DNA from: Candidatus Saccharibacteria bacterium UBA6040
GTDB lineage: Bacteria; Patescibacteriota; Saccharimonadia; Saccharimonadales; Saccharimonadaceae
Direction: 5' to 3'
Length of the DNA stretch: 64,000 bases
Assembly (NCBI GenBank): GCA_002429245.1
Contig: DIZA01000002.1
Location: forward strand, 44,350-108,349
The translations under genes and the position numbers were made by a program. Below, piece after piece: positions 57,193 through 64,000 of the stretch (its first letter is position 1; every line of letters starts with the position of its first letter). Under the pieces are notes generated by a model that ran no database searches, was not told the DNA's origin, and saw only the letters and a list, made by a program, of their open reading frames with translations.

Positions 57193-57231
57193 TCTCTAAT
57201 TATATCATCGTAAGATTAAAGACTGATGTCC

Positions 57232-59865
57232 TTAGTCTGAAGTAGTTGTTGGTTTTTTCTTCCGCGTTCGTGTTCGCTTGCGCTTTGGCTTGTCAGTAGG
57301 AGTCCCCTGCTCTGGCCCTGTTGGCGCCTCAGATCCAAAGGCAGGACTCACGACTTGTTGCACGGCCACTGCCCCGCTATCGACAGGCCAGATACGCTCT
57401 TGTGCTAGGGCCTGAGGCTGTGGCCTCGACTGTTGCGCACCTTGTTGTTGGACGGCGATTGCCTCTGAGATTTCGACTTCTACCTCTGAGCGAGGACGGC
57501 TGTAGTTACGGCGAGTATTCTCGATAATCCGACCAGTGTTATCAATCTGTTCGGGGGGAAGTGTCAATGTAGTCGCACTAAAGGCCGGTGCTTTCTCACC
57601 AGCAATCACCATGTTGATGATGAAGTGACGGTTGTGCATTTGTAAGAGATCTTGCGGCTCAAACTGCGGTTCGAACTGCTTTGACAGGATTGGTGCATCG
57701 TCAGCTGAGACACGGAATGAGATCATGGTTCCAACGTTACCAAAGACGGCGTCACGGACAGTCTCGGTCATCTGTGAGATGTATTGGTTGGCCACAGTCA
57801 AATTCAGTCCGTACTTACGAGCTTCAGAAAGAATCGTTGCAAATGAGTCAGTCGCAAAGTTCTGGAATTCGTCCACGTACAAGTAGAACGGACGGCGGTC
57901 TTCGATGTTAGGAATGTCGCTTCGGCTCATAGCAGCAAGTTGGATTTTGGTCACCAGGAAGGCACCAAGAATTGCGGCGTTGTCTTCGCCGATTAACCCC
58001 TTTGAGAGGTTGACGATCAGGATCTTTCCTTCGTCCATAATTTCACGGATGTTGAAGGTCGATTTTGGTTGGCCGATAATGTTACGGATGATTGGGTTGG
58101 CCGTGAAGGCACCAACTTTGTTCAAGACTGGAGCGATTGCTTCAGATTGGAACTTCTCGTTCCAGCTGGCGAACTCAACATTCCAGAATTGCAAGACGAC
58201 GGTATCGGTTGAGTATTCGAGCGTTTCTTTACGGAACTTTTTGTCCGTCAGCATGCGGGTAATATCGAGCATCGTTGTCGATGGGCGGTCCAGCAAAGCT
58301 AAGATTGTGTAACGTAGAATGTATTCCAGGCGTGGTCCCCATGACTCACCGAACATACGCTTCAAGACCCCGATGACTTCAGAGCTAATGTTCGTCTTTT
58401 GGCTTGGGTTGGTAACCTCTAATGGGTTAAATCCTAATGGGAAGGCGGTATCGGCTGGGTTGAAGTAGACGACGTCGTCCATACGACTACCAGGGATAAA
58501 GCGCATGTTATCGACGGCAAAGTCACCGTGCGGGTCGATAATCGCGTAGCCGTGGCCATGGAAGATGTCACTAAGTGCAAACAGTTCGAGCGTTCCTGAC
58601 TTACCTGCACCGGTTTGTCCGATGATATAAACGTGACGAGAGCGGTCAGATCGCAGCATGCCAAACTGGTGGTTGATCCCGCGGAAGTTTGTCAGTCCAA
58701 AGGCGCTGATGTTCTCGTCGATCGATGGGTCACCTGTGATGATAGGAAGCTTTGCAGGCGGTTCTGCGGTCTTTGACGATGCCCAGACGATATTTGGTGT
58801 CTCAACGTTCGTGTGTGGCAAGTGGAAGACCGAGGCGAGCTCTTCGATGTTCAAAATAAAGCCACCGCGTCCAAAGGCGCGTTTTCGATACTTGATAAGA
58901 TCTTCAGATTTAAAGCTGGCGCCTGAAATCTTAAATCCGTTCAAGTTGGTTGAGTTGTACTGTTTGAATGTTCCAACCAATGCTTGCATACGTTGACGGG
59001 CATTTACTTGGTCTTCACCAAGATATGCCAAGCGAATCTTGACTTCGTAACCAAGTTTTGTTGCCTTCTTCTCTGCTTCGGCGATACGTGTTTTGTCGCG
59101 GTCGGATAGTTCTTTCGGTGCTGCAGTTTTGGTTGCTTCTTCAGGCGGTTTCCAAAGGGCTTCGAAGACGCCACTCAGAAAAGAAGCTCCCCCGCCCTTT
59201 CCAAATCCAAAGCCACCAGACTTACCCTCTTTGACAGATTTGATCCACTTTTCAGACCCTTTGTGCCAGTCGTCAGCGATTGGTTTTGCAAGGATTTGGA
59301 TCCAGACTTCTTCACCAGCTGTTTCGAGTTTTGCGAGCGTTCCCGTAATACCCGCCAGAGGGTCCACTTCAAAGTTCTGGAATGTTTTAATCGGCAACAT
59401 TTGATTGTCGGTCAGGACGATTTCGGCAGTATAGACCACGCTATGTTCGCGTTCGTGAGCGACGTAATCTTCTTCAGCGTCACGAATTTGAACGGTTGGG
59501 TATTGAGAATAGATCTGGCTCTCAACAAAGCTACGGAGTGTCTTTGGTACCCAAGTGTAGAAACGGATCTGACCATTAACCGAGGCAACCTCGAGGCTGA
59601 CATGTTCTTGGACGCCGGCGTTGTCGCGTAGTTCGGTTCGATCACGAAGAATACCGTGCAGACTGGCGAATAGCTGTTCAGCGGCAAGTTCTTGCTTGTC
59701 ATTAGTCTTTGGAATCTCAAGAATTAAGAGGTCGGCTTCGACTTCTTTTTCAACGATTTCCGCACGTTTATAATTGCGCCAGGTTAAGAATGCGAGGATT
59801 AAAACGATCGGTAGCCAAACGTATACCTGCAAGAAAAAGTTAATAATGATTCCGATGATACTCAT
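57232..59865 (-). CDS. VirD4/TraD/HerA-like membrane-anchored ATPase
   Basis: N-terminal TM, IIGQTGAGKS, IIDPHGD, LYVDEFQNF, EARKYGL. Confidence 0.85.
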   Translation of the reverse strand: MSIIGIIINFFLQVYVWLPIVLILAFLTWRNYKRAEIVEKEVEADLLILEIPKTNDKQELAAEQLFASLHGILRDRTELRDNAGVQEHVSLEVASVNGQIRFYTWVPKTLRSFVESQIYSQYPTVQIRDAEEDYVAHEREHSVVYTAEIVLTDNQMLPIKTFQNFEVDPLAGITGTLAKLETAGEEVWIQILAKPIADDWHKGSEKWIKSVKEGKSGGFGFGKGGGASFLSGVFEALWKPPEEATKTAAPKELSDRDKTRIAEAEKKATKLGYEVKIRLAYLGEDQVNARQRMQALVGTFKQYNSTNLNGFKISGASFKSEDLIKYRKRAFGRGGFILNIEELASVFHLPHTNVETPNIVWASSKTAEPPAKLPIITGDPSIDENISAFGLTNFRGINHQFGMLRSDRSRHVYIIGQTGAGKSGTLELFALSDIFHGHGYAIIDPHGDFAVDNMRFIPGSRMDDVVYFNPADTAFPLGFNPLEVTNPSQKTNISSEVIGVLKRMFGESWGPRLEYILRYTILALLDRPSTTMLDITRMLTDKKFRKETLEYSTDTVVLQFWNVEFASWNEKFQSEAIAPVLNKVGAFTANPIIRNIIGQPKSTFNIREIMDEGKILIVNLSKGLIGEDNAAILGAFLVTKIQLAAMSRSDIPNIEDRRPFYLYVDEFQNFATDSFATILSEARKYGLNLTVANQYISQMTETVRDAVFGNVGTMISFRVSADDAPILSKQFEPQFEPQDLLQMHNRHFIINMVIAGEKAPAFSATTLTLPPEQIDNTGRIIENTRRNYSRPRSEVEVEISEAIAVQQQGAQQSRPQPQALAQERIWPVDSGAVAVQQVVSPAFGSEAPTGPEQGTPTDKPKRKRTRTRKKKPTTTSD

Positions 59866-59935
59866 ACTGTCTATGTTATTCTCTCACCTCTTTAGAGATA
59901 AGGCAACGACCTCTCGTAAAGGTTTAATCCAAAGA

Positions 59936-61012
59936 TTACTTTTGTTCGAGTGTGTAAGTCGCTTTTGCAACTCGCTTGAACTGTGGTTTGCTTTGCAAGT
60001 TAAGAAGGATCGTTGTCTCTTTCACTTGGCGACTTTTCAGCACGCGTTTGACGATTTCGTCGCGGTGAAGAGGTTCGGTTGAGTCACGAAGGACTTGCGC
60101 GATGATGTCAGAGACAGTTCCCTTGCTGTAGCCCCAGTTATCGAGGGCGTAGATGCCACGGCCGATAAGGACGAATCGCTTGTCTTTAATAAGTTCGTTG
60201 TGAATTGCTTGTGTGGTAACGTCTTTTCGTTTGAAGCTTGAGTCTTTGATGCTTTTAGCGATCTCTGAAAAGTGAAGTGGCTTTTTGTTATCAGCGAGGA
60301 TGACGTAGATCTTGTCGCGGATATTCTTTGGGTTAACGGTTGGCCACTTAGTAAGTCCCCAACTGTCACGAAGGTGTGCAAGTTGCTTGCTGATGCTGGC
60401 AAGTGCAGATACGTGGCTAGGGTGCTCGTAGTTAAGCTTGTCGTGGAGTTGGTCGAGAGACATAGGCTCTTTGTTCTCTTTGATGACACGAACGATGTCG
60501 TCAACTTCGCTACGGATTTTCTTTTCGTCACCGTATTCTGCGATTCCCACAGCGTGGAAGTAGTTATCGTTTTCATCGATAACAGTCAGTCCGGGTGCAA
60601 GTGTCGCAATAAATGCAACATGAGCACGTTCCTGAAGATTAGTTGCACGACCATAGATTTTGTCGGCCAAGTCTTGGACACGAGCGACACGTCCCATTTC
60701 GCTCAGGGTGCGAATGAATGTCTTTTCAAGAGTGGTAACGACTTCAGTCTTCCCTTCTTCTGCAGCAATTTTTAGACGAATAAGAATCGCTTTTTCAAGC
60801 TGACGAACACGCTCACGAGTGATGCCAAGCAACTCACCGATCTGCTCGAGTGTTTCGCGACGGTCATAAAGCCCAAAACGACGTGTAATAATTTCACGCT
60901 CACGTTCTTGCTCGATAAGTGCTAAAACGTCACTCACGCCTGATTTCAGGTCGATAGTTGGCTGTTTTTGGTCAGTCGCGTCGCTCATATATTGTCTTTC
61001 TTCCTGCGCCAC
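59936..61012 (-). CDS. Sigma-70 region 4 HTH protein with C-terminal winged-helix (HARE-HTH / RNAP delta-like) domains
   Basis: RRFGL...ETLEQIGELLGITRERVRQLE; C-terminal PLHFSEI...AIHNELIKDKRFVLIGRGIYAL. Confidence 0.85.
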   Translation of the reverse strand: MAQEERQYMSDATDQKQPTIDLKSGVSDVLALIEQEREREIITRRFGLYDRRETLEQIGELLGITRERVRQLEKAILIRLKIAAEEGKTEVVTTLEKTFIRTLSEMGRVARVQDLADKIYGRATNLQERAHVAFIATLAPGLTVIDENDNYFHAVGIAEYGDEKKIRSEVDDIVRVIKENKEPMSLDQLHDKLNYEHPSHVSALASISKQLAHLRDSWGLTKWPTVNPKNIRDKIYVILADNKKPLHFSEIAKSIKDSSFKRKDVTTQAIHNELIKDKRFVLIGRGIYALDNWGYSKGTVSDIIAQVLRDSTEPLHRDEIVKRVLKSRQVKETTILLNLQSKPQFKRVAKATYTLEQK

Positions 61013-61048
61013 CTCAGGGGGTTAATTTGCTATCCAAATATGCTTATC

Positions 61049-61077
61049 ATTATACAAGATTATGTAATTTATGTCAA
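61049..61077 (-). promoter_or_regulatory. Consensus sigma70 promoter
   Basis: TTGACA-17 bp-TATAAT on the - strand; a second TGCTATAAT lies upstream. Confidence 0.8.
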
Positions 61078-61147
61078 ACATTTTGTATGGTTAATTTATT
61101 ATAGCATGAAGTAGACACCCACTGTAAATAGTGTTCTCAGACTTTAG

Positions 61148-61156
61148 TTATCCACA
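61148..61156 (+). promoter_or_regulatory. Perfect DnaA box
   Basis: TTATCCACA. Confidence 0.55.
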
Positions 61157-61187
61157 ATATGTGGTATTGGTGGTAGCGACGAGAATG

Positions 61188-61406
61188 CTAGCAACTGTAC
61201 TGTTTTAGCTTCAAGTCCTCTGTTATATGCCACTTGTCGGAGTCGCCGCAACCCGTAATGTAGGCATTGGTGACGCCACTTTGGTTGACGCCTTTGCCTT
61301 CGCTCTCACTGACAAGGTCCTGACAAATCTGGGCTAATAAGACACTATTTTGCACTGCAGTCACGTTGCTGTAATGGTTAATGGTGCCTGATTTTTGAGC
61401 ACCCAC
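61188..61406 (-). CDS. Possible small ORF or gene remnant (72 aa)
   Basis: Only open frame in this gap; weak RBS; no motif. Confidence 0.25.
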   Translation of the reverse strand: MGAQKSGTINHYSNVTAVQNSVLLAQICQDLVSESEGKGVNQSGVTNAYITGCGDSDKWHITEDLKLKQYSC

Positions 61407-61449
61407 TCTTATCCCTTATCCGTAGCCCTAGCTTACCATGAGCGGAACT

Positions 61450-61507
61450 AAAAGAGCCCGCATCGTCGACACGAGTTCCATTAGGTCGTCGCGGACGGTG
61501 CGGGTTC
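61450..61507 (-). terminator. Module F 3' hairpin
   Basis: GAACCCGCACCGTC...GACGATGCGGGCTC-TTTT on the - strand. Confidence 0.75.
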
Positions 61508-61526
61508 AGTTCCCTGCTCTGGTGGT

Positions 61527-61826
61527 TTAGAGGTCGGTGTCGAGGTTGAGTGCGTATCGAAGCCCGAAGGCGTCGATACCGCTGGTGTCGTAGGCCTCGT
61601 GCGCTTTTCGCACTCTCCAGCTTCGACGCTGTGGCTTGATGTTGACGATGTGCCATAGCTGAACGCGGTGACGTGCCCCTCGTAGTCCACTTTGCGGCGG
61701 ATAGATGAAGAGAACTCCTTTCCTGTTGGGTGTTTCGACGACGCTGAACGGCTCACCTTCAGGGTAACTGTTGATGAAACTCGGCTCATCGGGGATGAGT
61801 ACAACTGGTTTTGCGCTGGTTTGCAC
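61527..61826 (-). CDS. Hypothetical protein (99 aa), module F
   Basis: AGAGAGG RBS, GTG start (in-frame ACG just before), own promoter and hairpin. Confidence 0.6.
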   Translation of the reverse strand: MQTSAKPVVLIPDEPSFINSYPEGEPFSVVETPNRKGVLFIYPPQSGLRGARHRVQLWHIVNIKPQRRSWRVRKAHEAYDTSGIDAFGLRYALNLDTDL

Positions 61827-61892
61827 CGTGGCGGCCTCTCTCTAAATTGTGGAGTGCATGCAGAATGTGCAGTGTTCAAGGGAACTGTCTAT

Positions 61893-61921
61893 ATTATAGC
61901 ATAAATATAACAGGAAAGCAA
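61893..61921 (-). promoter_or_regulatory. Sigma70 promoter of module F
   Basis: TTGCTT-17 bp-TATAAT with TG extension. Confidence 0.75.
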
Positions 61922-61953
61922 TATCTGCCTCTGTGAAATGTCCTAAGAAAGCG

Positions 61954-61999
61954 AAAACCCGCGCCATTCGAAGGAAATGAATCCTTGAACGACGCGGGT
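61954..61999 (-). terminator. Module G 3' hairpin
   Basis: ACCCGCG...CGCGGGTTTTCGCTTT on the - strand. Confidence 0.75.
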
Positions 62000-62030
62000 C
62001 TTCCCGCAGAGGGCGGCCACAGGGCGTTTG

Positions 62031-62579
62031 TTACGACGCCCCGACCAGTTCACTGTCGCCGATGAGCACTTCCGTAGCGGTCAGCATCGACTCGCGGATG
62101 GCAGGATCGGTGATGATCTCGTCGTCGAAGCAGATGCGTGCCTGCGTGACGTCGAGTGCTGCACGGAGCACCGGGTCTTTCGTGATGTCCGGGATGTTGC
62201 TGACCTCGCTGACCGCGAGACCGATGTTGTAGACGAGCCGGAGCTTGACCCAGATCTGGTAGGTGTCCTTCGATAGGACCTCTTCCAGCGCTGCGACTAG
62301 CTGTGCCGATCGTTCGTCGGCGTTCTTGTAGAGCTGTTTGCTGTACAGGGTGGTCACGACGAGTCGGATCACCGGCAGGGGGTTCTCGGCCTCCTGGTCG
62401 ATGACGACGTCAGCTTCGGGTTCGTAGATCGCTGCGTCTGCGAAGACGACATCGTCAGAGGACCACGGGTACTTCTTGGTGCTGAAGATCACGGGGATCA
62501 TCTCCTCGCTGCAGATCTTGATGCCGTCGATGATCGACGATTCGAGGTCTGAGGAGGAGTAGAGTTCTGCAGTCAACAT
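62031..62579 (-). CDS. Hypothetical protein (182 aa), module G
   Basis: GC-rich ORF (36/60 GC in 62101-62160); own promoter and hairpin. Confidence 0.75.
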   Translation of the reverse strand: MLTAELYSSSDLESSIIDGIKICSEEMIPVIFSTKKYPWSSDDVVFADAAIYEPEADVVIDQEAENPLPVIRLVVTTLYSKQLYKNADERSAQLVAALEEVLSKDTYQIWVKLRLVYNIGLAVSEVSNIPDITKDPVLRAALDVTQARICFDDEIITDPAIRESMLTATEVLIGDSELVGAS

Positions 62580-62643
62580 GGGGTGAAGCCCTTCTATGCG
62601 GGGGATGCACTTTTCAGCGCATTTGTTCGTGTTGAACCTGTGT

Positions 62644-62672
62644 ATTACACCAGATCACAGAAAAGATGTCAA
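62644..62672 (-). promoter_or_regulatory. Sigma70 promoter of module G
   Basis: TTGACA-17 bp-TGTAAT. Confidence 0.7.
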
Positions 62673-62677
62673 TAATG

Positions 62678-62736
62678 AAAATCCCGCGCCGTATACCTGG
62701 CGGGGACTTTCATCCTTTCAGGGGTTAGGCGCGGGT
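62678..62736 (-). terminator. Module H 3' hairpin
   Basis: CCCGCGCC/GGCGCGGG base followed by ATTTTC on the - strand. Confidence 0.75.
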
Positions 62737-62771
62737 ATTCCCACACATGGAGGCGTCGATGCGACAGGGTG

Positions 62772-63242
62772 TCAGTGCGACGAGGCGTGTGCCAGTGCTT
62801 TGGCACGAATGCCTTGCATGGACGACACCTCTTGATCGATGATCGCGAGGTCGTTCTCGTTGATAGTGCCGATGACCAGAGGTCGGGCATTGAAGCGCTC
62901 GATCTGCATGTCGAACGACAGCAATACATTGAACAGGGCGAAGTCAGGATAGACACGCGCAATGGCGCCCTCGATCAGTCCGCGAAGGGCCAATCGATTG
63001 TCTTCCGTCAGACGCTCGTCTTTCGACTCCACCGAAGCAGAGACGATGATCATGACCTGTCTCGTGCTGAGCTGTCGTGCGTTGGCTCGCTGGGAGCTGA
63101 CGGTGACGAGCCGAGGGTTGATCTTGCTTGAAGGCCTGACGACGGTGTTGAGCGCAGCCACGACAAGTCGACGGCTGACGAGCTTCAACTCGTCGACAGA
63201 ACCTTTGAAGCTGGGACCATAAACAACGGTGATGCTGAGCAT
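62772..63242 (-). CDS. Hypothetical protein (156 aa), module H
   Basis: AAGGAGAG RBS, own promoter and hairpin; beta-alpha-beta pattern. Confidence 0.75.
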   Translation of the reverse strand: MLSITVVYGPSFKGSVDELKLVSRRLVVAALNTVVRPSSKINPRLVTVSSQRANARQLSTRQVMIIVSASVESKDERLTEDNRLALRGLIEGAIARVYPDFALFNVLLSFDMQIERFNARPLVIGTINENDLAIIDQEVSSMQGIRAKALAHASSH

Positions 63243-63323
63243 GACGGCTCTCCTTGAATTGTGTGAGGACGCGCGACGAATTGTCGCGTGGGTTTTGGGG
63301 GTTCAGAAGTGAACTTGAAGTAT

Positions 63324-63352
63324 ATTATAGCATAAGTATTATAAAAAAGCAA
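63324..63352 (-). promoter_or_regulatory. Sigma70 promoter of module H
   Basis: TTGCTT-17 bp-TATAAT with TG extension. Confidence 0.75.
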
Positions 63353-63379
63353 TAACCCCCTCTGTTTGGAGGGGGTTAT
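63352..63379 (-). terminator. Terminator of topA
   Basis: ATAACCCCCTC/GAGGGGGTTAT then GCTTTTTT. Confidence 0.85.
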
Positions 63380-63382
63380 GTA

Positions 63383-64000
63383 TTACTTTTTCTTTGCTGC
63401 TGGTTTGCGTTTGGCAGTGACTTTTCTCGCTGCAGGCTTCTTTGTTGTTGTGGTTGCACCTCGCCTGGCGAAACGTCCCTTCCCCGCTGCGGGAGCCTCG
63501 GCGATCATTTGCTTGGCTTGGTCGTGCGTAATTTCTTCAGGCTTTTGGTCCTTTGGAATCTTGGCGTTCTTTTTGCCGTCGGTGATGTATGGACCGTAAC
63601 GGCCATTCAGGACTTTGATGCCATCACCAAAGTCAGTGATGTTCTTTTCCGCTTCAGATTTGAGTTTGGCAGCATACAGTTCTTGCGCCTGTCCGAGGGT
63701 AATATCGTGCGGATCGAGCGGTTTAATGCTGACGAAAAGCTTGTCGATTTGGATATAAGGACCAAAGCGACCGATGTTAGCTTTGATCTCTTTACCATCA
63801 TCCGTCGTTCCAACAACACGTGGCAATTGGAATGCGATCAACGCTTGTTCAAGGGTGACAGTTTCGATACGAGCACCCGCTGGCATAGGGGCGAATTGCA
63901 GTTTTTCTTCCTTATTTTCAGGATCACCAAGTTGAAGCATTGGGCCGAAGCGACCAAAACGAGCCGAGATTGGTTTGCCAGATTTAGGGTCGATACCGAT
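63383..64000 (-). CDS. topA: DNA topoisomerase I, C-terminal repeats and basic tail (partial)
   Basis: Repeated GRFGPM/GRFGPY/GRYGPY motifs, Lys/Ala-rich tail; frame open to the window edge. Confidence 0.88.
   Translation of the reverse strand: MGIDPKSGKPISARFGRFGPMLQLGDPENKEEKLQFAPMPAGARIETVTLEQALIAFQLPRVVGTTDDGKEIKANIGRFGPYIQIDKLFVSIKPLDPHDITLGQAQELYAAKLKSEAEKNITDFGDGIKVLNGRYGPYITDGKKNAKIPKDQKPEEITHDQAKQMIAEAPAAGKGRFARRGATTTTKKPAARKVTAKRKPAAKKK

Noticed and set aside
61481-61879. 132-aa - strand ORF from the track
   Set aside because: Ser/Thr/Pro-rich shadow frame that runs into the terminator hairpin and starts inside the 5' hairpin; the 99-aa frame has the RBS.
61450-63352. Integron cassette array
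   Set aside because: No RYYYAAC...GTTRRRY attC boxes, modules carry their own promoters, and there is no intI in the window.
1064-63819. Numerous short antisense or alternate-frame ORFs in the track
   Set aside because: They overlap well-supported genes and lack RBS or family motifs; treated as shadow ORFs.
1-64000. rRNA, tRNA, tmRNA, RNase P, CRISPR arrays, transposases, inteins, alternative genetic code
   Set aside because: None of the signature motifs were seen by eye; core proteins have normal lengths and TGA acts as a stop in coupled genes. A formal tRNAscan/Infernal run was not possible.

Overview
Chromosomal segment of a small-genome bacterium, most likely Candidatus Saccharibacteria (Patescibacteria/CPR). 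This is inferred from gene content: short ProRS, alpha2-type GlyRS, a reduced tsf-frr-uppS-rseP locus, a fragmented dcw cluster, a VirD4/HerA-like ATPase, a sigma4-HTH protein and a pilin-lectin fusion. Standard genetic code. Mostly + strand housekeeping genes (translation, SecA, FtsEX/CHAP/CtpA, DNA repair, mraZ-rsmH-ftsL-ftsI-mraY-ftsW-murG-ftsQ), then - strand genes from ~56.3 kb to a partial topA. I saw no rRNA, tRNA, CRISPR array, integrase or transposase. The most interesting signals are outside the ORF track. (1) At least six self-contained single-gene modules (promoter, 5' hairpin, SD, unrelated ORFan, long 3' hairpin) share non-coding motifs. (2) There are several strongly structured intergenic RNAs: a 189-nt 6S-like rod, a kissing-loop element upstream of lysS, a rod upstream of hpf, a 248-nt element between mraZ and rsmH, and a multi-hairpin leader that occludes the SD of an unannotated 48-aa membrane peptide. 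(3) A hydrolase gene is flanked by a 15-bp duplication between two of these RNAs. (4) Core genes show pervasive leaderless-type promoters. (5) There are unannotated small ORFs and DnaA boxes. All structures were folded by eye; no database searches were run.
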